A stretch of DNA of 62,509 nucleotides from Chiloscyllium plagiosum (lineage: Eukaryota). A program made the translations under genes and the position numbers. The stretch spans positions 88,685,245 to 88,747,753 of the forward strand of contig NC_057719.1 of the NCBI RefSeq assembly GCF_004010195.1. Direction: 5' to 3'. Below the pieces are notes generated by a model that was not told the origin of the DNA, ran no database searches, and saw only the letters and a program-made list of their open reading frames with translations. This document shows, one piece after another, positions 11,916-25,204 of the stretch (position 1 is the first letter of the stretch; the number at the start of each line of letters is the position of its first letter).

Positions 11916-12527
11916 TAAACACATAGGAAACCCATGAATAAGAAGCAAAAGTGCTGTAAACTAAACCACAGTTGACAATTAGTTCCTAGAGCTAGAGTTC
12001 CCACAAGTAAACAAATCGGCTTGATGCTTACCAGATGGCAATCATCATAATTTCATAATGGTAAGACCACATCAGAATCATTACTGCCTATTCTGCTTAC
12101 ATTTTCTGAAGAGATATTTTTTCTCTCTGTTCTGTTCCTCAATTTCAGCTATATTATTTTTCCAGAAATACAGTCATTGCGAGACAGCCTGAAACTGAAC
12201 CACAGCCACTCAGACACCTACCTCTAAATGTTTCCCGGCAATACAGTTAAGCATCAGAAACCTTCACAAAATCTTTAAGAATTTCTTAAAGGATTGGCAA
12301 AGTCTGGAAGTACCACTTCAAAAATACCACTGCACTGAAGCCAGATCAACCTCAATTAATTGTGACTTCATACCCTCTTTGGAAATCTATTTAAACCACA
12401 ACCATTAAGATGTCACAAAGAATCCTATATTATGAAAAATTAGGATTGTAATGATGAATAAGGTATAGTTTCCTGCTATAATGTAGATGTGACGCTAGTT
12501 GTTTCAGGATTGCAAATTGATTGGAAA

Positions 12528-12700
12528 CATGGAATGCCCTGCCAGTAGCAGTGGTGGACTCTCCCTCATTATGGGCATTTAAGCGGGCATTGGATAGGCA
12601 TATGGCGGATAGTGGGCTAGTGCAGGTTAGGTGGGCTTGGATCGGCGCAACATCGAGGGCCGAAGGGCCTGTACTGCGCTGTATTCTTCTATGTTCTATG
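12528..12700 (+). mobile_element. Short young CR1 3' end
   Basis: Three mismatches in 173 bp versus 238-410. Confidence 0.9.
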
Positions 12701-14507
12701 AATACTTCTAACCTTGACTAAAACAATCATGTTTCCTGCAGAGGCTTCAGGTGGGACTTCATATAGCAAGTAATCTGAATTTATGGAAAGTGGTCTACTG
12801 TACTTGAAATTATGTTAACAAGTTATCTGACTAAAGTTACAAGGCAAGTTTATGCAAAAAAAATCCAATCACACCAGCTCAAACACTCCAAACGAGAATT
12901 TGCAACTCTTTTTACCAACCAAGGATAGGTTAAACAGTATTCAAAAAGCCTCTAACACGCTAAACAAGAAGACAATAAGTTGTTGAAAATGGGATGAGAA
13001 GAATTGCAGATATGCCGTAGTCAAAGCTTCCTTAAGTATCCTTGTTAAGATTTTCTTAAAACTATAATGTCCAAAACATATTTTCTCTCTGGAGACAGTA
13101 TGAAAGTGAAAGATGTATCAACTACTTACAACTACATTCAGATTTAGATGGATATATACATTAATGGTTGGTGGATCAATGTGGGACATGGGTGCAAGTC
13201 CCAGTGCTGTGTCTCTTCACTTCAGCACCATTACATTGTCTCCTTCAACAGATTAATCTTTCCCTTCCTGTACTCTACTTCCCTCCTTGACTAATTGGAT
13301 GCATGCCACACGTTCTCTTCCTTTCCCATTCCCATTTCATTCTCTCTTCAGCCAAGTTTCCCCTGTAAAAGAACATGTTTCCTTGTTGCACTCACCGAAC
13401 ACTGTATGCCCCTCTTTCTTCTCCTTACGTCTTTCACATGCTCTTCAAGACTGTGCAAGTGTACAGTTTTAGAGAGAGTTACCATTTCGCCCAAAGTATC
13501 TCTTTGCGTCTATCCCATTTCCTACAAAAGGATTTCCCCTCCTTATAGACCAACATCTGTTTTGTTATTCTCTTCTTTCCATGGGCTATAGGATTGCTAA
13601 CAAAAGGATTTATTGATGAAATATTCTACAGTAGCATTGTTTTATTTTTCTCATTTATTTCCCTTTTCATTATTTGTTCCTCCTTCACACCTTCTCTGGT
13701 TTCTGAACATACTTTAACAACTATTTTTCTTCCCCATTAAAGAACATTTTCAAAAAAGATTCTTCCATTTCCTGTGTATTTCTACAATAGTCCCAAACCC
13801 ACCAAGTTTCTGCATAATTATAGCATAGTTTTGTTAGTTATGGGTTGAAAAAAAATCTACCAGGAAAGCAAAGTAAACAACAAGAAGTGAATCACTGTGG
13901 ATCACTAGAGTTTATTTCAGGGGCTTGTTGGTTTGTGTATCAGATCAGGAAGCAAATGAACTAAATGGAAAGAGATGGTGTGTTTGGTAGGTGGTGGTGA
14001 GAGGGCCAGCGAAATAATTGTGAGCTGGGGTTTGTAGGAGTTAAAATGCAAAAAGATAAGTACAATAGTTCTCAGGAACAGGAGTCCTGGGCAATTTAAG
14101 AGAAGAATGTTCCCAGAGAATAGGATGGATCAGGATCGCATGATATCCACGTTTGGTCAGGATTCAACTGAAGCCAGTTTTTGCCCTAAGGATTTGCCAG
14201 AGGGATTGCTAGAATTGTCAAGTTTGCACTTTCACAGAAGTGTCATTTTTTTTCAGAGTTTTACAGTGGAAATGTGACAAGTTCTCACTGTGACCCTTTC
14301 TGGCACTACTCTTTGCCGGACTTGGATTATACAGAAGTTTTTCTTGGATTGTATTCTACTGTGCACATTTTTTCAGTGAAAAGTGACTGTGAAGGAAACA
14401 AACTGGGGAATGATGGAGACTTTCTTACATTAGACAAGTACTAATTAGAATTTATATATATTATGTATATATAAAAATATTTGTACTGATTCACAAATGT
14501 AGCTTAC

Positions 14508-14561
14508 CTCGTGTATCATGATGCTGAAATCGTCCACTGTTTTTCCTTGCATTTCTTCCAC
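14508..14561 (-). CDS. CCDC9B: 54-bp internal exon of the same gene
   Basis: Acceptor TTTTGTTCACGCCACAG| and donor GAG|GTAAGC; phase 1 to 1. Continues in frame as GGRNARKNSGRFQHHDTR. Confidence 0.7.
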
Positions 14562-15108
14562 CTGTGGCGTGAACAAAAGACATTACGCAGTCATCTCCTT
14601 CTAAAAGTGTGTTGAGGTGATGAACTAGAAAATATGTTATATTCAGAATAAACCATTTACCATCAAATTCCATTACCAGCTAGTCTGAATGATACAATTT
14701 CTCTAATGTTCTCTCCTTACTTGCCTGAAGACAGCATTACACAGTGGTGCTGAGGCTTCCACACCTCACCCAGGGACAGATTTTCCAGAAGGGCCAATCG
14801 CACACACAGATCTCCACTGCACCCCCTTTTTGTTTGTTACTAAGAAGGGTGCTTTGCATTTTTGAGAAGAGAGTTTGCTGAAGGGTCCCTCAGGAAAACG
14901 GAGCTGTACTTCCACTCTGACAGCTCTTTTGTAGTGTACGATTGTCAGCGGAAGGCAAACCATGACCCCTTTACACAGTAGTCAGTTGGTGTGTTTGAAG
15001 ATTTAAATGTCCTGACAGCCACTTTGACAGTGCTGTCAGATGGTGAGATAAGGTGGCAGGTTGCCAGGCAAGTAGGGTGTCAGTTGGATAGGTTGCTGTG
15101 AGAAGGAG

Positions 15109-15422
15109 TAAGATTAGATTAGATTACTTACAGTGTGGAAACAGGCCCTTCGGCCCAACAGTCCACACCACCCCGCCGAAGCGCAACCCACCCATACCCC
15201 TACATTTACCCCTTACCTAACACTACGGGCAATTTAGTATGGCCAATTCACCTGACTTGCACATCTTTGGACTGTGGGAGGAAACCGGAGCACCCGGAGG
15301 AAACCCACGCAGACACGGGGAGAACGTGCAAACTCCACACAGTCAGTTGCCTGAGGAGGGAATTGAACCGGGGTCTCTGGCACTGCGAGGCAGCAGTGCT
15401 AACCACTGTGCCACCGTGCCGC
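15109..15422 (-). mobile_element. HE1/V-SINE-type tRNA-derived SINE
   Basis: tRNA-like head GGCACGGTGGCACAGTGGTTAGCACTGC...GGTTCAATTCC, V domain and a (TAATC)n tail. Confidence 0.9.
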
Positions 15423-15943
15423 AAAGGGTGCTGAGGATTCTACAAAGTGGCAGGGAGGGGTGGGGGAGGGCAGTAGAGGTAAAGTAGTGCAGCTTTAGGG
15501 CAGATGGGGGAGTGGAAGGTGGTTATTTGGTCTGCAAGTTCAGGTCCAGCATCGTGGAGCTTGGATTACATCTAGCAGGATAGGTGATCAGGTTGGGTTA
15601 GGTTCAGCAGGGGAAGGATGGGTGATCAGGTTGGGTTAGGTCTCAATAATACCATGTATATTGTAGCAACACTTCCCTATTTTTATATCCTATCCCTTTA
15701 GCAATCAATAGAGAAAATTCCATTTGCTTGCCTTAACCTGCGAACTAGTTTACTGCAATTCACACGCAAGGACATCCAAATCCCTCTGCACCAAATCCCT
15801 CTGAAGTTTTTCTCCATTTACATAATTTCTCTGACTAGAATAGATAACCTCTCACATATCCATGTTAAACCCCACCTACCAAATTTTTAACTATTCCCAT
15901 AACCTAATCCATATCCATTTGTAAATTTCTAATTTCTTCATTC

Positions 15944-16559
15944 TGTGATGATGCTGCTTGTTTAACAAGGTCATACTGTCCTTTTTTTTCAAGAGGTCAT
16001 TAAAACACAAGTTCTGAAAAGTTTGCACTTGGATGAGTTTTAGGGCCAGTTTGATAATAGATAACCGATCCTGCCTCAAAAGTAGGCTTTCAAGAGTTTC
16101 TAAAGAAACATTTGTACAATGCTCAACTTCTCATTGGTTTGATTTTCTTTTGACAGTCTGGCTATTCACTGAAAGCAGTAATGTTTGAAGCTGTTGGACC
16201 CAAAGAAGCAGGTCCATGCTGGTCCTCTCTCTCTGACATCTCTCCTGTAAGACCTTTGTTTACCTTTTGAGCCAAGGGGTGTTTATGGGGATTGTTACAA
16301 GTATTTGGAACAGCATTATTAATTTGGGATTGCCTGTTGGGCTTTCGGACAGCCTAAGTTATTCTGTGTTCTATTCTCTTTTGTTTGTTTCATTCAGTAA
16401 TCTTGTAAATAAATTCTGTTTTGTTTAAAACTAAGTGGTTTGACCAACTGCATCACTCCTGGAATATCTGCAGTACACCTGCTTAAAACAAATAGCAAAG
16501 TTAGGGTCCGGGCTACTTTCTTGAAATGTTTTGAGGGGAGTCTAGCCTAGCCCATAACA
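15944..16559. mobile_element. Probable solo LTR inserted in a decayed antisense CR1 (~15660-16610)
   Basis: TGTGATG...CATAACA termini, ATTC/ATTG flanks and an internal AATAAA. Confidence 0.55.
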
Positions 16560-17464
16560 ATTGCAACTTATTTGCCTATTTTAGTGCCAGATTCAGTATA
16601 AGGTCTGGTTAACAGTTACTCAGAAGGTACACTACATATTTAATGTCTAACATTTCCTGCCTAACTGTTTACTTAATTTCTTCAGAATCATCAAAGTCTC
16701 TAATTTAAATGGTGACGTTCAAAAGGATTGCAGCATAGAGAAATTACCCAATTCAATTTCCTGGGCAATTCCTTCAGACTGTGTTATAGTGGGGATTCCT
16801 CAGGGTTCCCATACACAACACCTATCTACATTGGCATAATGACAATCTGACCATAAAATCCAGGCCAGAATATCTGCACTATGGGGTTGTCACCGATATG
16901 AAAAGAACAAGCTTCTGCTTCCTGCACAAAAAAATCTCCCAGCAAGATAGTGATCAGCAGCAGACTCATTGGCTAATCCTCTCAAGGAATGCTGTCACCG
17001 ATAGTAGTCCTCAGGATGGACATGTTGATCAGCAAAATAAAACTGTACCTAAACAGTTCAACTTTTGATGGTTTATTGCTGTATCACATGATGCATTTGC
17101 ATGATTTTTAGTTGAGCTGTCCGTTAATATAATCTGCAAGGCTTGATATTACTGCTTTTCTCAAAGGAAATTGAATAATGTTGTTGTGATACTATAAACT
17201 TTAGAACTTTAATAACTGTTTGCAGATTGAAAGAAGCAGCAATACCTTTGTTTAGAATAAACTATTAAGGGACAAGGACAAACTGTTTTACAGGAATTGA
17301 AAGCATGGGAAAAGAAGGAGTCAAATCGACATAAACAAAGCTGTTTTAACAACTGCTTGATAATTGGCTGCCTTATGCCACAAGGTCCTGCAGTAGAATT
17401 TCATGGAAGAATCAGAGAATTACTACAGAGTGGAAACAGGCCAATCAGACTAGCAATAGCAGTT

Positions 17465-17925
17465 CAGTGGTGAGCACTGCTGTCTCACAGCACTGGGACC
17501 CGGTTTGATTCCAACCTCCGGTGAATGTGTGAAGTTAGCACATTCTCTCCGTGTCTGCGTACGTTTCCTCCAGTTTCCTCCCTCAAGCCAAAAATGTATA
17601 GGTTAGGTGAGTTTGCCATGCTAAATTGCCCATTGTATTCAGGAATGTGTAGGTTAGGTGCATTAGTCAGGGGTAAGTATAGGGTAGGGGAATGCATCTG
17701 GGTAGGTTACTCTTTGGAGGGTCAGTATGACTTGTTGGGCCGAAGAGCCTGTTTCCACACTGTAAGGATTCTATGATTCTAAGTCCACAGCGAATCTCGG
17801 AAGGGCATCCCACCCAGATCCACCCACTTACCCCTGTAATCCTACATTTCCCGTGGCTAAACCACCTAACTTGGACTCCATGGGCAATTTAGCACGGCCA
17901 ATCAACTTAACCTGTACATGTCTGG
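17465..17925. mobile_element. HE1-type SINE (+, 17465-17782) abutting a partial minus-strand copy
   Basis: Same head, V-domain and tail motifs as 15109-15422. Confidence 0.75.
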
Positions 17926-18087
17926 CTTGGAGTTCAGGAGTTAATTACAGCGAATATGTGTCTTCAATGTGACAGTCAATGCCAAATGTAACATGGAGAA
18001 AGTGAGGACTGCAGATGCTGGAGATCAGAGCTGAAAATGTGTTGCTGGAAAAGCTCAGCAGGTCAGGCAGCATTCAAGGAGCAGGAG

Positions 18088-18123
18088 AATCGACGTTTCG
18101 GGCATGAGCCCTTCTTCAGGAAT
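18088..18123 (-). ncRNA. Minimal type-I hammerhead motif
   Basis: ATTC-CTGAAGA-A-GGGC-TCAT-GCCC-GAAA-CG-TC^GATT on the minus strand. Confidence 0.7.
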
Positions 18124-20291
18124 GAGGAAAGTGTGCCAAGCAGGTTAAGATAGGGAGCAGGGGGAGGGGCGTTGGAAATGTGATAGGTGGAAGAAGGTTA
18201 AGGTGAGGGTGAGAGGCCAGAGTGGGGGTGGAGGCGGAGAGGTCAGGCTTCAGGAATGAGGAGTATGTGTCCAGCAGGCTAAGATATGTATCTATCACTA
18301 ATTTGCATCTTTAAAACTCTAATTCACAATGATATTGCAACAAAAATCCTTCTGATCTTTACACACAAAAATACGCAGATTTATATGGTCCTGCTGTAAC
18401 TCTGTGCGCTACCATGTTTTTACAGGAGTGGAGAAAGCGCATGTTTTATTTTTGTGTTAGAATGATTTCCATATGGCTGTAAGGAGGTGCCAGGCCAAGG
18501 CTAGATTGGTTACATGCTGTTGGAAAGGAGTCCAAGTTATGACTGGTTACTGTCCTTGAATGGAAATAGGGGAGGTCTGTGCTCTTCGACCAATGGAGGG
18601 GTATATGACCCAGTAGGTCTGTGGAAAAGTTCAGTTTATATGTCCATCAAAAATATTGCATATATGACTATCGTATACATTTTACGAAGTTTTTCTCTGT
18701 AATTGAATCATCTGGTTAATGTGTTCTCATAACTGTAATATATCCCAAGCGATTGGAGGGGCGGGGCTCAAGGGTGCAGGTGCGGGAAGTGGAGGAGATG
18801 CGGTGGAGAGCATCGTTGACCACGTCTGGGGGGAAATTGCGGTCTTTGAAGAAAGAGGCCATCTGGGTTGTTCAAGATTGGAACTGGTCCTCCTGGGAGC
18901 AGATGGAGGCCATTTAGCTGTTGTGTCTATCCCTTCAGTCTGTCGAAGGAGGGTGTCAGTGGAAGGGCATTGGTTGGTACGGCGGGAAGGAAGAAACGGA
19001 GGGCTTTGAGTTCAGTCAGTTGAAGGAGGGTGTCAGTAGAAGGGTACTGGTTGTTCAGTCAGTCGAAGGAGGGTGTCAGTTCCTCCTTCGACTGACTAAA
19101 CTGGTCCTCACTCTGAACAACTTCTCTTTCCAATCCGCCCACTTCCTCCAAACCAAAGGAGTAGCCATGGGCCCCAAACTATGCCTGCCTCTTCGTAGGA
19201 TATGTGGAACAGTCCATCTTACTCAGCTACACTGGCACCACCCCCCACCTTTTCCTCCTCTACATCGTTGACTGTATCGGCGCTGCCTCGTGCTCCCACG
19301 AGGAGGCTGAACAGTTCATCCACTTTACCAACACCTTCCGCCCCAACCTCAAATTTACCTGGAACATCTCAGACTCCTCCCTCCCCTTCCTAGACCTCTC
19401 CATTTCTATCTTGGGTGACCAAATCAACACGGACATTTACTATAAACCGACCGACTCCCACAGCTACCTAGACTACACCTCCTCTCATCCTGCCCCCTGT
19501 AAAAATGCCATCCCATATTCCCATATTCCCAGAACCCCACTGGTCCTCACCTACCACCCCACCAACCTCCATAAAGATCATATCATCCGTCGTCATTTCC
19601 GCCACCTCCAAANNNNNNNNNNNNNNNNNNNNNNNNNNNNNNNNNNNNNNNNNNNNNNNNNNNNNNNNNNNNNNNNNNNNNNNNNNNNNNNNNNNNNNNN
19701 NNNNNNNNNNNNNNNNNNNNNNNNNNNNNNNNNNNNNNNNNNNNNNNNNNNNNNNNNNNNNNNNNNNNNNNNNNNNNNNNNNNNNNNNNNNNNNNNNNNN
19801 NNNNNNNNNNNNNNNNNNNNNNNNNNNNNNNNNNNNNNNNNNNNNNNNNNNNNNNNNNNNNNNNNNNNNNNNNNNNNNNNNNNNNNNNNNNNNNNNNNNN
19901 NNNNNNNNNNNNNNNNNNNNNNNNNNNNNNNNNNNNNNNNNNNNNNNNNNNNNNNNNNNNNNNNNNNNNNNNNNNNNNNNNNNNNNNNNNNNNNNNNNNN
20001 NNNNNNNNNNNNNNNNNNNNNNNNNNNNNNNNNNNNNNNNNNNNNNNNNNNNNNNNNNNNNNNNNNNNNNNNNNNNNNNNNNNNNNNNNNNNNNNNNNNN
20101 NNNNNNNNNNNNNNNNNNNNNNNNNNNNNNNCCTTCCTAACCTGCAATCTTCTTCCTGACCTCTCCGCCCCTACCCCCACTCTGGCCTATCACCCTCACA
20201 TTAACCTCCTTCCACCTATCGCATTTCCAACGCCCCTCCCCCAAGTCCCTCCTCCCTACCTTTTATCTTAGCCTGCTTGGCAACTTTCCTC

Positions 20292-20327
20292 ATTCCTGAA
20301 GAAGGGCTCATGCCCGAAACGTCGATT
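20292..20327 (+). ncRNA. Minimal type-I hammerhead motif
   Basis: ATTC-CTGAAGA-A-GGGC-TCAT-GCCC-GAAA-CG-TC^GATT. Confidence 0.7.
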
Positions 20328-21048
20328 CTCCTGCTCCTTGGATGCTGCCTGACCTGCTGCCCTTTTCCAGCAACACATTTTCAGCAAATGTAACAAGGAA
20401 CAGGGAAGCTAATTCTGATAAGAATGCAAGCTGCAGTCTTGATGCTTTCAGAGCAGTAGTCAATATTGTGAATAAAAGAACCTAAACAATCATAAATAAT
20501 ACCACACTACAAACTTGAAGGATGGAATACAGTGTATTGTATAAAAATTCAACTTGAGAATTCCTTGGGAGCAGAACTCCAGAGAGCACTACACAAGGAC
20601 TGAATCCTGGACATCCACAGACAGATACTGTTAGTTGGAATCATAGCTAAATTCCACCATTAATTGGATAATAGCTAAGTTGAGTTGTGAGCTTTAACTT
20701 GCTTACTTGAGGGGTCTTATTTTGGTTGCTACACAAAATAAGATTTAAATCATTGTTTCAGTATTTGATTGTCTGTCAGATTTGTTAATAAGTAGTAAAA
20801 TTAAAGTTAACTTGTGATAATTTACCCACAACACTGTAACAAGGAAAGCCAATCCTATAACAGCATTAAGCAAAAGAGCAAAGAACTGCAGATGCTGGAA
20901 ATTTGATGCAAAAACAGAACTTATTGGAGAAATTTAGTATGTCTGCCAGCATCTGTGGAAAGAAACCATGAGTCAAATGTTTTGGGTGCAGTGATGCTTC
21001 TTAAGAACATTACATTTCACAATGTATCTGCAATGTTTGTATTGAATA

Positions 21049-21680
21049 GGAACATAAGATCAGGAGGAGGCCATTCAGCCCTTTGGGCCTGTTCCATCAT
21101 TCAACAAGATCACTCCTGAGCTGTGGCCTTATTCTATATACCTGTCTTTGGCCCGTTTCCTTAATATCTTTGTTTAACAAAAATGTATCTCTCTCAAATC
21201 TAAAATTAACAACTGATCTCGTGTCTTTATAGAAGTCAGTTCCAGACATCCATCACCCTTGTGTGTAGAAATGCTTTGTAACATCTCTCCTGAACAGTCT
21301 GGCCCTAATTCTCAGACTATGCTCCCTTGTTCCAAAATCCCCAAACAGTTGATCTCTATCTAACCTATTTTTTCCTGATCGTATCTTGAAGGCTTTGATC
21401 AGATCACCCTGTAACCTTCTAAATTTTAGACAAAACAGGCCTAATTTGTACAATCTCTCCTCAGAACTTAACTCCTGGATTCTAAGCATCACTCCTGTAA
21501 ACCTATTTTGTACTGCCTCCAAGCCAATATATCCTTCCTAACTGGTGTCCAATCTTGCTCACAATATTCCAAATGGGGTCTAACGAGGCCTTTGTATCGC
21601 TGCAGTATACCATCTGTAACCTTATACTCCAATCCTCTAGATGTAAAGACTAGCATTCAATTAGGTGCCTTGATTATTTT
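21049..21680 (-). mobile_element. Decayed CR1 3' part
   Basis: LGLFCLKFRRLQGDLIKAFK motif. Confidence 0.8.
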
Positions 21681-22164
21681 CTGGTCGAATGCCATTCATG
21701 CCAGCTACATAGGCAGTATGTCCCAAAGACTGGCTGTTAGTACTAAACCGATCAAGAAGGTCCCCTTATCTGTTCACAATAGGCAGGGTACTGACTGTAC
21801 TCAATCAGTCTGTGCTTACAAACTCAGAACGTGGCATCCAACATTAGATTGGATTCCCGGCCCGGACAACATTTGCTGAACAATCCCAACCTTGCAAAGA
21901 ATTCAAAACGAGTTAAAAGCAATTGAATGTAATAGTCACTTGAGTGCTAAAAGCCAAGGGTACTCATATGCAGGGGCCTATTCTATGTAAATGAAGAACA
22001 TGTTCAACTAGTCAAAAGCTTGGAGACAGTCATTTGTAGGGGCATTCCCCACAGCAATACCTTGACCAGAGTTGAACTGCCTAGTTTGAATTTAAATAAA
22101 AGCTTGACAGTTAACTGTTTCCGGTGCATCAATTATGTTAACACCTCTACCATGAGAACACAGT

Positions 22165-23880
22165 AGCAAGTAACTCACCTCCTGACTCCGAAAGCTTGTC
22201 CACCATCTACAAGGCACAAGTCAAGGGCATGACAGAATATTTGCCTGTATGTGTAGCACCAACAACACTCAAAAAGCTTGACATCATGCAGGGTAAAAGT
22301 GGCCCACTTCAAGTGGCACCACATCTACAAGCATCTACTCCATCCACCATCGATGCCCGATAGCAGCAGTGTGTACTATCTAGACTGCCCCACCTCTTGT
22401 AAAACGCCATCCTTTATTCCCAAATCCTCCGCTTCCACTGCATCTGTTCCCAGGATGACCAATTCCACCTTAGAAAATTCCAGATGGCCTCCTTCTTCCA
22501 AGATCCCAATTTTCCTTCCCACATAGTTGACGATGTCCTCCAGCGCATCTCCTCCACTTCCATATCTCCGTCCTTGAACCTTACCCCTCCTAACGCAACA
22601 AAGACAGAGACAGAACTGCCCTCCCCCCCAACTCCGGTTCTCACCTTCCACCCCACCAACTTCCACATATGTTGCATCATCCTCTGCCACTTCCGACACC
22701 TACAAATGGACCCCTCTACCAGACATATATTTCCCTCCCCAGTCCTATCAGTGTTCTGGAGAGACTATTCTTTCCGCGACTCCCTTGTCAGATCCATGCC
22801 CTCCACCAGCCCACAATCCACTCCCAGCAGCTTTCCCTGCCACTGCAGGAAATGCAAAACCTGCGCTCACACCATTCCCCCCTCAACTCCGTCCAAGGCC
22901 CCAAAGGATCCTTCCAGATCCAACAGAAATTTACCAGTACCTCTACCAATGTCATCTACTGTATCAGTTGCACCCGATGGGGAGACAGGATGCCAACTTG
23001 CGGATTGTTTCAGAGAACATCTCTGGGCCACTCATACCAACCAATCCCACCGCTCCATAGTTGAACACTTCAACTCCCCTCCCACTCTGCAGGTCCCCTC
23101 CTCCATCAGGAAACCCTTCCCACTTGACGCCTGGAGGAAGAACACCTCATATTCCGTCTTGGCAACCTGCAACCACACGAGATCAATATGGATTTTATCA
23201 GTTCCTCACTTACCCTCCCCCACGTTATCCCAGTCCCAAGCTTCCAACTCGGCACCGCCCTCCTGACCTGTCCATCACCTATTCCATCTATCCATTCCAT
23301 CCTCCTCTCTGATCTATCACCTTCTCCCTCATCTTCATCTACCTGTTGCACTCTCAGCTAACTTGCCCCCAACCCCACCTCCCATTTATCTCTCAGCCCA
23401 CTGGTCCACAAGCCTCATTCCTAACGAAGAGCTTATGCCCAAACGTTGATTCTCCTGCTTCTCGGATGGCGCCTGACCTGCTGTGCTTTTCCATCACCAC
23501 AATCTGGACTCCGATTTCCAGCATCTGCAGTCCTCACTTTCTCCTAGTATGGACTATCAACAGAAATTCAAAGGTTCTTAGGTAGCACCTTCCAAACCCA
23601 CCACTATTTCCATTTAGAAGGATAAGGACAGCAGATAACATGGGAATACCACCCCCTGCAAAATCCCCTCCAAGCCACTCACCATCTTGACTTGGAAATG
23701 CATTATTGTTTCTTCACTGTTGCTCAGTCAAAATCCTGGAATTCCCTCCTTAAGGACATTGTGAGTCAACCTCCAGCATGTGGACTGTAGTGGTTCACCA
23801 CCATCTTCTCAAGGGCAACTGGGGACAGGCAATAAATGCTGGCTCTGCCAGCAACAGCTATGTCCCACAAGTAAATAAAA
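22165..23880 (+). mobile_element. Old L2/CR1-group LINE 3' fragment split by the PLE at 22381-23545
   Basis: TIYKAQV-like motif; a related fragment lies at ~53260-53620. Confidence 0.5.
22381..23545 (+). mobile_element. Penelope-like element 3' part (GIY-YIG region and terminus)
   Basis: C-R-KCKTC and FTSTSTNVIYCISCTR motifs. Imperfect 13-bp TSD at 22368-22380 and 23546-23558. Confidence 0.8.
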
Positions 23881-24008
23881 CGTTTCCACAGACATGGTCA
23901 TCTGAGGATCACCGCAGGATCTAGCACTAGATTTGAGATGTGTTAGGAAGAATAGGGCTCTGAAATTGGTAAAAAAAAACAAAAGTCACACCAACAAAAA
24001 AACAAAAG

Positions 24009-24140
24009 TCATTCCTGAAGAAGGGCTTATGCCCGAAACGTCGATTCTCCTGTTCCTCGGATGCTGCCTGACCTGCTGCGCTTTTCCAGCAACACATTTT
24101 CAGCTCTGATCTCCAGCATCTGCGGTCCTCACTTTCTCCC
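24009..24140 (+). mobile_element. Solo ~130-bp PLE terminus beginning at an intact hammerhead motif (24011-24046)
   Basis: Same sequence as the termini at 20290-20384 and 51006-51135. Confidence 0.85.
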
Positions 24141-24416
24141 CCCAAAAAGTAATTCCAGTTACTAACTCTGTCTGTGAAACTGTAATGTGGCCAACTCAGT
24201 ACAATATTACTTCTGGGTGTGATATTGATTATACTTCAATGGGCATTATATGGATTTACAATTTCAATTGCAGTATTTAATGGGATGATCAAAAGAAGGG
24301 ATCTGGAGGAGTTGTTTGGCATAGGAACAGCAACTTCAGAATATGGCCTCAGGATGATCAAATATTGCATTCTGTTTTAGTGATGCCTTCTTTGATGTAC
24401 TGTTGGATGGACTTAT

Positions 24417-24757
24417 GGGGCGGCATAGTGGTGGTTAGCAATGCTCCCTCACAGCACCAGGGAGCTGGGTTCAATTCTAGCCTCGGGCGACTGTGTGGAG
24501 TTTGCACTTTCTCCCCATTTCTGCGTGGGTTTCCTCTGGGTGCCCCAGTTTCCTCCCACAATCCAAAGATGTGCAGTTAGGTGATTTGGCCATGCTAAAT
24601 TGTCCATAGTGTCCAGGGATGTGCAGGTTAGGTGCATTAGTCAGGGTTAAAATGTAGGGTAACAGGGTAGGGGAATGGGTCTGGGTTACTCTTTGGGGGG
24701 TTGGTGTGGACTTGTTGGGCCGAAGGGCCTGCTTCCACACTGTAGGGATTCTATGAT
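24417..24757 (+). mobile_element. HE1/V-SINE-type SINE
   Basis: Head, V-domain and tail motifs. Confidence 0.85.
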
Positions 24758-25204
24758 GACTCTCTCCCAGAAAATTGAGGCTAAAACCTGCGGTTGCCAC
24801 AGGTCAGGCAGGGAAAACACTGCGCCACATTCATGGACTCAAAGTGACCCCCATATCAGGAAAGGTCGATAAACTTATACATTCACCTATACGCTGTCCT
24901 GTATATCACTCTCAACATCATAACACAGCTACTCAACTTGATCTTTCTGCAATTCATGTCTCTCTTTGTTCATCACACCCAACAAATTCACTGTATTCAT
25001 CATTTGAAAATATATCGTTCCCCTATTGCAGAAGTGAGTGCAAGGATCAAGGGAGGAGAGGAGAACTGCAGTTGATTCCCCACAGATCTCATGGTTAACA
25101 ACCGCAAATGGTGAAGCTATGCGGATCAGGAGTCTCTCAACTTTGACCAACGTGAAGTTCAGTTACATGATGACAGAAATAAATATAAGCCAGTTGTACA
25201 GGAC

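Larger units (their letters stand above)
17995..20384. mobile_element. Rearranged Penelope-like insertion with inverted termini (RT remnant 19080-19610; N gap 19613-20131)
   Basis: RT motifs NNFSF, QTKGVAMG, YIVDCIG and DIYYKPTDSHSYLDY. Inverted terminal arms; direct repeat CAAATGTAACA at 17983-17993 and 20385-20395. Confidence 0.8.

Noticed and set aside
13255..13780. Pyrimidine-rich strand-asymmetric tract with small ORFs
   Set aside because: Low complexity; no motif or boundaries I can support.
19204..20271. Long ORFs of 355, 211 and 195 aa
   Set aside because: Mostly an N gap; the real part is a PLE RT remnant.
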